From Octopus vulgaris (Eukaryota), in assembly GCA_951406725.2 (NCBI GenBank), contig OX597820.1:21018001-21082000 (forward strand): a stretch of 64,000 bases of DNA, in the 5' to 3' direction. The position numbers were made by a program, and so were the translations under genes. Numbering within the stretch: position 1 is the stretch's first letter; every line of letters starts with the position of its first letter. Of the stretch, positions 50,620-63,718 are shown one piece after another. Under the pieces are notes generated by a model. The model was not told the origin of the DNA. It did no database searches and saw nothing but the letters and a program-made list of their open reading frames with translations.

Positions 50620-51472
50620 GGTGTAGAAGTGGCTGTGTGGTAAGAAGCTTGCTTACAAACCACATGGTTCCGGGTTCAGTCCCACTGCATGGCATCTTGG
50701 GCAAGTGTCTTCTACTATAACCTCGGGCCGACCAAAGCCGTGTGAGTGGATTTGGTAGACGGAAACTGAAGAAGCCCGTCGTATATATATATATATGTAT
50801 GTATATATATATATATATATATAATGCTGGATATAAGAAGCATCAGATGTGGTGTGCAAGAGCGACGCTTGCGATGGTATGGTCATGTGCTGCGGATGGA
50901 TGAAGAGAGATGTGTGAAGAAGTGCCACTCCCAAACAGTTGAAGGTATCAGGGGGAGAGGTAGACCCAGGAAGACATGGGATGAGGTGGTCAAGCATGAC
51001 CTCAGAGCATTGGGCCTCACTGAGGCAATGGCGAAGGACCGAGATCTCTGGAGATATGCTGTGACTACAAAGACCCGGGCTGCTTTCTGCAGCAATTCCA
51101 CATACCCCCTACCCATTCTAAGTACCCCCCTACCCATTCTAAGTACCCCGGATCCCCAAAGTACCCCGGATCCCCAAAGTACCCTAGATCCCCAAAATAC
51201 CCCGATCCCCAAAGTACCCCGGACCTCGTTGCCCCCGTGCCGCTGACACGTTAAAATGCTCGAATCCGATCGTGACGATGCCGGACCCTCCGGCCCCTGT
51301 GCAGGTGGCACGTAAAAAGCACCCAATCCACTCACGGAGTGGTTGGCGTTAGGAAGGGCATCCAGCCGTAGAAACTCTGCCAGATTCAGACTGGAGCCTG
51401 GAGCGGCCCCTGGCTTCCCAGACCCGGTCAAACCGTCCAACCCGTGCTAGCGCGGAAAGCGGACGTTAAACA

Positions 51473-51504
<32 letters not shown>

Positions 51505-51640
51505 ATATATATAAATATATATATGTATGTATGTATGTATGTATGCATGCATGTGAGTGTGTGTCTGTGTTTGTACCCCAACATCACTTGACAACCGATG
51601 CTGGTGTGTTTATGTCCCCATGACTGAAACAAGTAAATAG
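50620..51640 (+). mobile_element. SINE A split by an RTE insertion in its internal microsatellite
   Basis: A head at 50620-50800 and remainder of the A 3' half at 51555-51640. Confidence 0.8.
50824..51503 (+). mobile_element. young RTE family D 3' fragment
   Basis: RRLRWYGHVLRMDEERCVKK...RGRGRPRKTWDEVVKHDL, a CpG-rich 3' UTR, an internal minisatellite at 51100-51222 and a (GAT)n tail. Confidence 0.9.
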
Positions 51641-51765
51641 ATATATATATATAGTGATTTTAACCGAAAAAATTTGGATGGAAGTTATAAATAGGGCAGA
51701 GCTAAAACTACAAGGGAAAAACTTTTGTACGAAGATTTAACACTAAATTAGTGATGCTGCTTATA

Positions 51766-51953
51766 TGAGGGTGTGCTGAAAAGTTCCTGGCTTTAAGGGT
51801 ATCACAAAAGTCCTTTTACGGGGCTTAGAAAACTGAAAGACTGCTGCAATAAGTGTATGGATCTGAGATGGGAATATGTTCAATAAAACCATAATAAAAT
51901 GATCCTCCTGTATTTTCTTTTACACAAAGCCAAGGACTTTCAGCACACCCTTG
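51766..51953 (+). mobile_element. mariner-derived MITE
   Basis: TIRs gagggtgtgctgaaaagttcctggcttt / aaagccaaggactttcagcacaccctt. It retains the transposase C-terminus GLRKLKDCCNKCMDLRWEYVQ*. Confidence 0.8.
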
Positions 51954-52308
51954 AATGTGACTAAATATGGTATATTGAAAATTGTATATTTTCAGGGGAA
52001 AAAAAAAAAAGAAAATATAGAACAATTGCTTATATTTTACATTTTATATTGTTTCGCCAAGACATTTTATTCCAAGAGTGTCAGTTTGAAATTAGGTAAA
52101 ATGTCAATTCATGCTACATAGAAAGGTGTGTTTTCTTCAGATTTTAAATAATGTAAAGAAATCAATATATGGATAAAGTTAAGAATAGCTAAATCTTTAC
52201 GGTTTTCATGATAAAATCAGCTGTTCCATGTCCATTTAGGTCATCAGAAATCTCAAATATGTATACATATATGTGTATGTGTGTATATACATATATATAA
52301 ACATTTGA

Positions 52309-52339
<31 letters not shown>

Positions 52340-52760
52340 AGCATATGGATATGTATAGATGCATATGTACATGTTTATAAGTATATAAACATACATATAT
52401 GTTTGTGAATGTGTACCATATGCGAATGTACTTATAAACACATGTTGGTAAGGTGTCCTTTATGGAGATAACTAGCACATCACTTGGTCAAAGACACCTG
52501 GCTATATTACTGAGAAAAAGAAAGACACACACACACACACATATATAAATGAATAAAATTATGAAATCAATAAAATTCCAACTTTAAAAACTATGTACAA
52601 AAATATATGCTTACATCATTGTAATTGTGTGTGTTTGTATGTATAAATGTCTATATGTATATATTATGGGTGTGTGTGTGTACAAGTATATATATATATG
52701 TGTGTGTGTGTATGTATATATGAACATAAATCTAAGTCTGTGTGAGTATTTATGAGTATG

Positions 52761-52793
<33 letters not shown>

Positions 52794-52799
52794 CAATAA

Positions 52800-53330
52800 T
52801 AAATCTCTGAGTGAGACATAACCAGTAGCAGCATGGAATCGTGAAGTATATTTACCACCTAAATGTCGCGGACCCATAGGGGATGATGCTACTGTTGTTT
52901 ATAGCCCCAGGAAGACACCTCCTCCAGCTGGCTAATGACACACTGTCTGTGTCCGATTAATATTTGCGAAGAGAAATCATTGTTCCCATCTCTAGCCTTA
53001 TGTGATACACACAGACCTGGGTTTCTGGATAGTCACCCATCATCAGCATGTAACAATCATCAGCTAGTGATGAAAACTCATTCCAAATGCTAAATACTAT
53101 ATACTTTTTCCAGTGACAAACTGTCGCTGATCTCATGAAAGGAGAAACAAGCAAATATAAATGTCTGAGCGAGACTTAACCAGTAGCAGAACAGAATTGT
53201 GAAGTATATTTGCCACTTAAATGTGACAGACCCATCGGAGACAATGCTACTGTTGTTTATAGCCCCAGAAAGACATCTCCTTCAGCTGGCTAATGACACA
53301 CTGTCTGCGTCCGATTAGTATTTGCGAAGG
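52800..53330. repeat. ~170-bp direct repeat (52800-52970 and 53160-53330) abutting a maT remnant
   Basis: Both copies contain gagac.taaccagtagcag...cagctggctaatgacacactgtctg.gtccgatta.tatttgcgaag. Confidence 0.85.
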
Positions 53331-53344
53331 GAAATCAAGGGAAA

Positions 53345-53658
53345 TCACCATCACTAGTGATTACTCCAAACACTATGATGTTGTCTGGATGTTTGATTTT
53401 TATCACTCTTGGTACATCATTTGGGGACATGGCAAGCCAACGGTTGTTCTGTGTGTTCATCATCTGCTTGCATTGGAGCTACCGTTGTGAATGCCAAGCA
53501 GTACAGCATGTTGTTTCCAAATTTCTGGCAGAGTGATTTACATCATGGTGCTGTTTTTCTCAGAGACGGTGCCCAGCTTGCCCTACTATACTGTGTAGTC
53601 GACAAAATCAAGAACAAACAATGCACAGGCACGAAATTAGAAATATAAAATGGCAGCA

Positions 53659-53660
<2 letters not shown>
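53345..53660 (-). mobile_element. maT transposon 5' remnant
   Basis: Reverse match to 35030-35360. Confidence 0.75.
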
Positions 53661-53696
<36 letters not shown>

Positions 53697-53855
53697 GTGT
53701 GTGTGTGAGTGTGTGTGCGCACAGTCATTCACATATGCATATACATACATTAATATAGACATACATACATACAGACATACATATATATATATACATATAC
53801 ATGCATATATATATAGATAGATAGATACATATATGTATATATATGTGTGTGTATG

Positions 53856-53893
<38 letters not shown>

Positions 53894-54680
53894 TACATGC
53901 ATTCATACATATGTATTCATGTATGCATCTATGTATGTATAATGTAACGCAAGATACATGCAATAACAAGCATACCAAAATACTCTAGGGACTACAAACA
54001 TTACTATTAAATTAAATATCAATTCATGCCAAACATGCCGCAGTTCGTTTTTAATCGTTAATTTAATCTCAAGAGTAAAACAAAGAGTTGTGCATATGAA
54101 CCAGTCCTGTAAATACATTTTAAGTTATTTCATGTTGTGAATGGTGGATTGATATGTTGATTTCATTATATTATATTATATCTTATCATGCATTAAACTA
54201 ATTTTTTAAACATTTTTCTCTCAAGCCAGTAACAAAAACACAGCAAAATATCCGAATGTTTATTGATATTTAATATTATTTATGCTCCCTATTGTATTTT
54301 TGTGTATCCTTATATATATATATGGTTTTTTATTTGCATTTGTATTTGTGTACTATTTCTCCATTTTTTTTGTGTCCTTGTTTTCGCATATATTCGCTGC
54401 TTTCTTCCAAGGAATCTAGTGCTCTTAGCTTAGTTTTTCCTTGGGACTGGCCAGATTGGAGCAATCTTGAGTATAACCAGTAGAAATTGCAAAAGTAATC
54501 CGGAACTTGACTGAAGAAAGAAAACTCTGAATGACCCATCCTTGTTTTTTTTTGTATCATCTGTCTATATATATATGTTATGTATGTGTGTATGTATGTA
54601 TGTATGTATGTATGTATGTATGTATGTATGTATGTATAAATATATATATATATGTATGTATGTATGTACGTATATGTATG

Positions 54681-54724
<44 letters not shown>

Positions 54725-54726
<2 letters not shown>

Positions 54727-55099
54727 AGCAAAACGCCCCCGTCCAATGGACGGTGCTGAATTGTCAAACTTTTAAACCAAATTTTCTCAAAACAACTTGT
54801 CCTATCTTCCCATAGACCTCCCCTTTGAGAAACACTGATTTAACCTAAATTTGAGACACCAGCAAAAGAAGAAATAAAGATAGACTTTTTTCTGTTCCAA
54901 GAAAAAACATTTTACAAATGCATGTTCCCATGGCTTTATCGACCGCATTCTCACCTGGAATCGATTTTGTAATTTTTTCTAGACTTATGCATGCCCTGAT
55001 ACCATCGGTATCTACATATCAAATTTGAGCGCAATTGTATGGAGGATGCTCGAGATCCTAGAAGACGCACACACAGACAGACAGAACGGATTTTATATA

Positions 55100-55100
<1 letters not shown>
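54725..55100 (-). mobile_element. Helitron-like family 2 copy
   Basis: Reverse match to 48433-48991. Confidence 0.6.
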
Positions 55101-55139
<39 letters not shown>

Positions 55140-55345
55140 TTCCTTCATTCCATCTGAAAACCACCAGGTGTGCAAAATTCTAAGTAATGCTTACAATGGA
55201 ACAATAACCAGCTTTAATAATCTAACTGAATACACACACACACACACACACATATTTATACATACATACATACATACATTCATACATATTACATACATGC
55301 ATACATACATATATATATATATATATATGTATGTATTTATATATG

Positions 55346-55397
<52 letters not shown>

Positions 55398-55495
55398 TAC
55401 ATATATACAAATATACACATGTATGCTTGCATAATTGTATGTATATAAATGGATACATGCACATACACATATATGTTCACACACACACAAAACAT

Positions 55496-55535
<40 letters not shown>

Positions 55536-55689
55536 TTACCTATATTTCCTGTATTTATATGAGAGTGTGTATGTGTTTATATTTTTATTGTTTATATATG
55601 TGCGTATGCATTCATGTACATCTAAAATGAAGTTCCGATCATTATATCACAGAAATAATCTGAAATACATTAAACAAATGAAAAAGATG

Positions 55690-56068
55690 TATAAATATAA
55701 GAATTATGATTGAAGCAGATACGAAGTAAGTCGTCCAGGTTCAGTTTAGATGAGATGTATGGAAGCCATCTACTATGAAAATATTCTTGTGTTTTTCTCT
55801 GTCACAACATATGAATGAGAAAGGAAGGGGTGATAGATGAATAAGGAAGGAAGGGGTGATGGCAAAATGGTAGTGGGAGCGTTTCGACTCTGTGTGCATG
55901 TAATGGGAAGTATGTGAATGTGTGTGAGTGTGTGTGTGAGAGTGTTTGAGTGTGTGTGTGTGTGTATGTGTGTGTGTGTGTGTGTCTGTGTGTGTGTGCA
56001 ATGGCAGTGGGATGGGGAACATTCAACGCTGAAAAGAAAAAGTCAAACAGCGTTTCAACTCTGTGTGT
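55690..56068. repeat. ~370-bp repeat; second copy at 57694-58423 is split by a SINE A
   Basis: atacgaagtaagtcgtccag...gggagcgtttcgactctgtgtg...gctgaaaagaaaaagtcaaacagcgtttcaactctgtgtg occurs in both copies. Confidence 0.9.
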
Positions 56069-57034
56069 GTATGTACAATGTGAATGTTTGTATGCTTGAA
56101 CTAGCATTCTTTCAGTAACAAACGAAGATCGATGTCATATCCCAAAAGACAATCTCTAGATAACATTGACAAATGTATTAATTTGATTTACCATCCATAT
56201 TTATATATGAAATACTACAATTAGCTGTCATTTTTGATGGCATGGGGCCAACTAGTTAAATCATATTGTGAAACTCAATCCTTAAATTGTTAAGAATTAA
56301 ATGCCTGTTTGTTGAACTGGTCTCTTTTCTATAATACTGTGGCAATATGAATCTCTTAGAAAGTGAGAAATAAGAATATATAAATATGTCAATAGAGATA
56401 CACTTGGTAATTGTATCAGAGTTCTTTGCTTGTAACCAGGAATTTAGACACATTTTTCAGAGTTATTGAAGCTAATTGCTGTCATACTTATTTAAGCAAA
56501 AGACCGCTGGGAATGTACAGAAGGGGTGAAAATTTCAAATTGAATCTACAAGTTGATGTCAGCTCTATCTTTCTGTTTATTATTGATGTAAGGCGGTTTA
56601 TGATATATTTTTCAGTCAAACAATTTTGAATTATCATTGCTAGATTGTTCTATCCTGTATTGCTCACATGATATTGGTTATTTCACCTATAACTTTCTTT
56701 TTCTAAATGTACAATGCTTTCTTCCTGACGATGTTTAAATGAGTTCAGTATAACCATGTCTAAATGAATTTTCCTCTAATACTGCCATTTTACACTTTAT
56801 ATGTACTTGTTTTGCAAGGGATATGACACATTGTTTAGACAATTACAGTTACATTCTCTTTGATTTGTATTTCATGGAAAGATTCTGTGCAAATCCTTTA
56901 CATATAGAAGGAACTGTTGGATAACTGGATTTTATATTGTTTCTGCTGAATAGTTTATGCAATAAATGATCTCTGTGGAAGTGGTTTTAGATTAAGAAGA
57001 GAAATTGTTTTGTCACAAACATAATAAGACACGT

Positions 57035-57430
57035 AGGCATAGGAGTGGCTGTGTGGTAAGTAGCTTGCTTATGAACCACATGTTTCCAGGGTCAGTCCCA
57101 CTGCGTGACACTTTGGGCGAGTGTCTTCTACTGTAGCCTCGGGCCGACCAAAACCTTGTGAGTGGATTTGGTAGACATAAACTGAAAGAAGCCTGTCATA
57201 TATATGTATGTATATATGTGTGTGTATATGTTTGTGCATCTGTGTTTGTCCCCCCAACATCGCTTGACAACCGATGGTGGTGTGTTTACGTCCACGTAAA
57301 TTAGCAGTTCAGCAAAAGAGACCAATAGAATAAGTACTAGGCTTCCAAAGAATAAGTCCCGGGGTCGATTTGCTCGACTAATGGCGATGCTCCAGCATGG
57401 CCACAGTCAAATGACTGAAACAAGTAAAAT
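57035..57430 (+). mobile_element. SINE family A
   Basis: Full-length copy inside the PLE ORF. Confidence 0.9.
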
Positions 57431-57715
57431 AGACCCTTTGCTGAACAATGGATTGAAGCAGATCATATTCCTCTCCCTGGTTCAGGAATGTCTTTTATTT
57501 ATAGTAGACATGCTTTATGTGATTGTATTTTTGAAGCGTACATGTATGATTGACCAGTTGTACTTAACTCTTTAGTCTTGTAAAGACTTGTTTCATTGAA
57601 TGAGATATTAATCATATAGTTAATAGCATCAGGTGGATAACTTGATTTAAAGTGCATCTATAAAGAGGTTAGTTGTTACGTTCTACATATATATATAAAT
57701 ATAAAAATTATGAAT

Positions 57716-58110
57716 AGGCGCAGGAGTGGCTGTGTGGTAGGTAGCTTGTTTACCAACCACATGGTTCCGGGTTCAGTCCCACTGCGTGGCACCTTGGGCA
57801 AGTGTCTTCTACTATAGCCTCAGGCCGACCAAAGCCTTGTGAGTGGATTTGGTAGACAGAAACTGAAAGAAGCCCGTCGTATATATGTATATATATATAT
57901 GCGTGTGTGTGTTTGTGTATGTTTGTCTCCGATGCTGGTGTGTTTATGTCCCCGTTACTTAGCAGTTCGGCAAAAGAGACCGATAGAATAAGTACTGGGC
58001 TTACAAAAGAATAAGTCCCAGGGTCGAGTTGCTCGATTAAAGGCGGTGCTCCAGCATGGCCGCAGTCAAATGACTGAAACAAGTAAAAGAATAAAAGAAA
58101 AGAATAAAAA
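57716..58110 (+). mobile_element. SINE family A (young, CpG-rich)
   Basis: Near consensus. Confidence 0.9.
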
Positions 58111-58647
58111 AGAAGCAAATACGAAGTAAGTCGTCCAGTTTCAGTTTAGATGAGATGTATGGAAGCCATCTACTATGAGAATATTCCTGTGTTTTTCTCT
58201 GTCACAACATAAGAATGAGAAGGGAAGGGGTGATAGATGAATAAGGAAGGAAGGAAGGGGTGATGGCAAAATGGTAGTGGGAGCGTTTCGACTCTGTGTG
58301 AGTATATGTGTATGTATGTAAAAGGGAGGTATGTAAATGTGTGTGTGTGTGTGTGCAAGGGCAGTGGGATGGTGAACATTCATTGCTGAAAAGAAAAAGT
58401 CAAACAGCGTTTCAACTCTGTGTGATTGGTAGGTAGTTGCTTTATTTCTAGGGTTATTCTCAGATTGAACTTCTTCAAGGTAACAAGGACGTTTTTTTAG
58501 ATGCGGTTATTAGTTGTGCATCCTATCTGAGTATTTGAAACTATTATTTCATCATTACTATACAGTCTTATACTAGTATTGTTACGTATCTCTTGGTAGA
58601 TCACTCAAAAGAGGTTGGTGTATGAATCCACATACCTCATCACTTTT

Positions 58648-59197
58648 GTAGTAGTAGTAGTAGTAGTGGTGGTGGTGGTGGTGGTGGTGGTGGTGGTGGT
58701 AGTGGTGGTGGTGGTGGTGGTGGTAGTAGTAGTAGTAGAAGTAGTAGTAGCAGCAGTAGTAGTAGTAGTTGTAGAAGTAGTAGTAGTAGTAGTAGCAGCA
58801 GCAGTAGTAGTAGTAGTAGTAAGAGTGCATGTGCTGTAATAGCACATCACTGCATCCACCATTTGCAGGTGATTCCTCACTTCTCCAAGTCGATGATACC
58901 TTTGCACCATTCAAGTGACAACACCCCAATCCATGGATCTGTGTGGGTGGCGGTTGCTGGTAAAGGTTTTGTGCGATCAGAGTGCAAATCCTACCTCAAC
59001 CACTTTTAGTTGCCTTTTACAATATACAGGGGAAATGTTGGGTCTATTCTTTGATGTACTGGTCCCCACACAGCACAAGAGTACTGGAAAATGAAGTGGT
59101 TTGATAAAAAACACAACACACCACCCAGTGCAAGAACCAAACTTACGACCTGGTGATCGTAAGTGCAATGCTCTTACAACAAGGCCATATGCCCTCA
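58648..59197 (-). mobile_element. old tRNA-derived SINE with expanded (TAC/CAC)n tail
   Basis: Head gagggcatatggccttgttgtaagagcattgcacttacgatc, and tail microsatellite at 58648-58820. Confidence 0.6.
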
Positions 59198-60285
59198 TTA
59201 TTGTAACTTCATATAGAAATATCAAACACTTCACCATGGCTTTTACGTATCATTCCTTTGTGTTAAATAAAAGCTATCATCTAGAATGTAATAAAGTTTT
59301 GAGCTTATCTAATGCTGTCTTTATATAAAAGGTGATTGATGGGTAAAAATCCACAATGGTAAATTGGATGTATTTGCACTGGCTTTTAATCTTGATCTGT
59401 TTGAACCAATTATTACATCGGTGATGTATTTTGACATAAGTTATGAAATATGTTGTCTTTATTGGAGCGTTTGTTGATTATGATGACAAACTGTTTTAGC
59501 ACATGGGTAATAGAATTCCTGCTGATCAGTGGAGTGAACCAGATCGTGTTTTGTTTTTGTTTTCCACTATTTGGATTTATGTGTGTGTTTGTAATAGGTG
59601 AAATATAGGCTGTGTTTGTTTTTGAAGTGGTTGTGCATTAATTTGATATTGCAGGATATTTTTTTGCTAAATTTCTATACAGGAGAAAATGATTTGTTGT
59701 TGGAATAATGGTTTTAGTTGAAAAACAGAATAATCTATTTATGCTTTCTAACATGATATGTCTACACAGGGACAGAATTTCAAAATGTTTTAGCTAAATA
59801 CAAATATTTGTATCAAGATACCAAATTACTCGGCTGGACATGAATTGCATCCTATAGTGCCATTGGGATATGGAGGGAGTAATTTCAACAATGCTCCATC
59901 TTATAGAAATGTGGCCAATTTTACTCTTTCAATTTGCAGGTAATTATAGATAGGGAGTGGAATTTATTTTATCTTTGGTGCTGAAGGAACATGGGTTATG
60001 TGTGTAAAAGAAAAGGTACAGTTTTCTTCTTGAGTTGTACCGACTCATTAAGGCCAGTTTCTTGATTTCTATGGCATATATATTCCCCACCTGGATGGGA
60101 CGCTAGTCTGTCACTGGATTACTCATTTTTGCCTGGTGAGTGGACTGGAGTGATGCAAAATAAAGTGTTTTGCTCAGGAATACAATGTGTCACCTAGTCC
60201 AGGAATCGAAACCACAATTCTACAATTATGAATCCAACACCCTAACCATTTAACCACATGCCTGATCTTGAATATGTTCTACATG

Positions 60286-60705
60286 GGCACAGGAGTGGCT
60301 CTGTGGTAAGTAGCTTGCTTACCAGCCACATGGTTCCGGGTTCAGTCTCACTGCATGGCACCTTGGGCAAGTGTCTTCTACTATAGCCTTGGGCCGACCA
60401 AAGCCTTGTGAGTGGATTTGGTAGAAGGAAACTGAAAGAAGCCTGTTGTGTATATATATATACATATATATGTGTGTGTGTGTGTTTGTGTGTCTGTGTT
60501 TGTCCCCCCACCATTACTTGACAACTGATCTTGGTGTGTTCATGTCCCCGTAACTTAGCGGTTTGGCAAAAGAGACAGATAGAATAAGTACTGGGCTTAC
60601 AAAGAATAAGTCCCAGGGTCGATTTCTTTGATTAAAGGCGGTACTCCAGCATGGCCACTGCTGCAGTCAAATGACTGAAACAAATAACAGAATAAAAGAA
60701 TAAAT
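60286..60705 (+). mobile_element. SINE family A
   Basis: Full-length match. Confidence 0.9.
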
Positions 60706-61896
60706 GAATTTGACCGATATAGTTTTTCCAGTATCGTTAACAGAAATTGCTATTCCTCTGAATATAAGTATCTTTATGATGCATTAGACATTAAGCAGGA
60801 TGTAATGAAGCTGTAATTACATTCTGGTAATTGGAATAGAGCATGTGCCACAAAGGCAATATTGTATATATCAATTATAGTGCATATGGATAGTATTGCA
60901 AAAATGTGCATTTGGCTCAAGGAAAATCCCTTAAAAATCACACTCCACTTTAATATGTTTGGTAGCTAAAGGACAGCCCCAATTCTCTTGACTAGAATCT
61001 AATATTTGGAAGTGAGTATTGTAAATTCTTGCTGGATTTACTATTCAATCAGAAATACAAGAAATACATATCCATTTATTAAACTAGAAATGCTTCTTAT
61101 GGCACTGATATGATTAAGAGATAGAAAATTCATCACATGTAATGTAAAACTCAGCACAGAAAATTATATGTTAATATCACACAGAAACATGCACGGAGCG
61201 TAAAACAATTCAAGCTTCAACCGACCTATATCTACAGTATTTTCCAATTATAGATTTCTTTAGTAACTTCCCAGATATCGTCTCTTAATATTACTCTCTA
61301 CTATTGCCTCTACCTTCTCTATCTATTTCCATCTTTATTTGTCATTATTGCTCTCATAGATTTTCAATGTTTGAATATATATACATATACATACATGTAG
61401 ATATACACACACTTACATAGACACATCACACTCTCTCACACACACACACACGATTTTTCTAAAACAAAGAAATAAAACTCCATTGTTAGCAAAAGCCATA
61501 AAAAGACATGTTTTATTACCCACCGCACACTTCAAAATAAATCTTTTAAAGCACAATACACCCAAATCACTCAGACATTAATTAGGAATATATTGGTAGC
61601 TACTCACAAAAGATATGTCCTTAATTAGTTTTACAGCTAATCTCATTCATAATCAATCTTTCTCAGAACACATACCACCTTTCATACCTACACATACCTA
61701 CCTGAAAAAAGAAAAAATATTAACATGCCTCATCACCAATTCACCAACAAATCATAGACAAATTAATAACATACCTTCTCATCAATGATTACAAGAAACA
61801 CAAACCCTACATCACAACAAAAAAAAAGCAAAACAATATTCAATGAGCACAAAATGTTAACCATTGAATCAACAGAAGCACTGGACCACACACACA

Positions 61897-62335
61897 CATG
61901 AAACTTTCAATTTCACTAAAACTACACACACACATACACAGACACACACACACAGACATACACACACAGACACACATACACACATACACACACACTAATG
62001 GATATAAATGTACCACTAACACTGAATTGTAACAGTTCTTGCCTGATGATTACAATGGCATGAAACTTTCAATTTCAATAAACACACACGCGCACACACA
62101 CACACACACACACATACACACTAAAAGATATAAATGTACCACTAACACTGAATTGGAACAGTTCTTGCATGGTGATTACAATGGCATGAAACATCCAATT
62201 TCAATAAACACACATACACACACTGAAGGATATAAATGTACCACTAATACTGAATTGTAATAGTTCTTGCTTGATGATTACAATGGCATGAAACTTTCAA
62301 TTTCAATAAACACACACACACACAAATACACACAC
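61897..62335 (+). repeat. tandem repeat, about 3.5 units of 100-160 bp, each with an internal (CA)n
   Basis: Unit: catgaaactttcaatttca-(CA)n-gatataaatgtaccactaacactgaattgtaacagttcttgcctgatgattacaatgg. Confidence 0.9.
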
Positions 62336-63189
62336 GCATGCATGTGTGCAGAGGGAGAATCAGAGATAGGTGCAGGCATGGCTGTGTAGTTATGAAGTCT
62401 GCTTCTTAAGCACATGATTTCGAGGTCAGACCCACTGCAAGGTAACTTATATCCTCAAGGCCTATCAAACCTTTTGGTAAATGGAAACTTTATAGAATCC
62501 CATCATGTATGTTTATGTGTGTGTGTGTGCATGGATATGTCTGCATCTTCTTGTTGTAACATTAAGCAACAGTTGTAAATGTGTGTCACCAACATTTAAG
62601 TGGGGTTGCTCATTTCCAATCTTCTGTGGTAACATGTTCAGGCATAGGGGGGAAATATTAGCTTACTAGGAAACAGATGAAGGTTGGCAACAGGAAGGGC
62701 ATCCAGTGGTAGAAACTCTGCCTCAGTGAATGCCATCAGACCCACGCAAGCATGGAAAGTGAACATTAAAATGGTGATGATCAGGTTCAGGATTAAGATT
62801 ATGAAGTTACACAGTCAAGAAATATCGTTAATTTCTTTGTTCCATAATTATTATTAAGTATATGCTAGGTGGTGAGCTGGCAGAATCATTAGTATGCCAG
62901 GCAAAATGGTCAGTGCCATCTTACCTGTCTTTACATTCTGAGTTAAAAATTCCACCAAGGTTGACTTTGCCTTTCAACAAATCAGGATTGATAAACTAAG
63001 TACTAGCTACCAGTTGTGCATTATGGTTGATGTAATTGACTATACTCCTTGCTCCAAATTTCAGGCCCTTTAGTTATAATAGAAAGGATCATCATCATCA
63101 TTATCATCATCATCATTGTCATCGTCATCGTCATTGTCATCATTGTTGTTGCTGCTGTTGTTGTTATCGTTATCATTATTAATACTGAG

Positions 63190-63533
63190 CTGCTGCTGAG
63201 ACCTCCTTCGGTCATGATTGACCATGGGATTGCACCAAGAAAGTTACCCTCCCAGGCACAAGTCTAGGCAAGGTCGTTTATGGAAGCCCAACAGTCGCCC
63301 ATGCATACCGGCCTCCCCTCTCTATGCCACTGATGTTATCCAAGGGAAAGGCAAAGACTGATACAGCTTGGCACCTGTGACGTTGCTACTCATTTCTACA
63401 GCTGAGTGAATTGGAGCAACATGAAATAAAGTGTCTTGCTCAAGAACACAACACGCAGCTCAGTCTGGGATTCAAACTCACAACCTCATGATCGTAAGCT
63501 CGATACTCTAACCACTGAACCATGCGCCTTCAC
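63190..63533 (-). mobile_element. SINE family G
   Basis: Match to 12520-12862. Confidence 0.85.
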
Positions 63534-63640
63534 TATTATTATTAATAATAATAATAACAATAATAATGATAATAATAATAATAGTAATAATAATAATAAT
63601 AATAATAATTATTATTATTATTATTATTGTTATTATTATT

Positions 63641-63716
<76 letters not shown>
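63534..63716. repeat. compound (AAT)n(TAT)n(CAT)n microsatellite
   Basis: Seen directly in the sequence. Confidence 0.95.

Positions 63717-63718
<2 letters not shown>

Larger units (their letters stand above)
56520..60020 (-). pseudogene. decayed Penelope-like element ORF (RT, thumb, linker, GIY-YIG), fragmented by insertions
   Basis: Manual minus-strand translation gives NWFKQIKIKSQCKYIQFTIVDFYPSIT (~59330-59410), FDISI-SY (~59210), SDEVC (~58630), RLYSNDEI (YRDD-like, ~58555), RNMICFNPLFSK (~57450), HLLHKLFSRNNIKSSY (~56950), CNC...YPLQNK, CLTEKYII and IELTSTCRF (~56550). Confidence 0.75.

Noticed and set aside
54290-54545. Hammerhead at ctgaagaaagaaaactctgaatg
   Set aside because: It has GAAU instead of GAAA and no stem I/III or cleavage site. 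It may be a repeat but cannot be supported as a ribozyme.
55690-58423. LTR retrotransposon bounded by the direct repeats
   Set aside because: There are no TG...CA ends, PBS, PPT or gag/pol. The interior is Penelope-like and extends beyond the second repeat.
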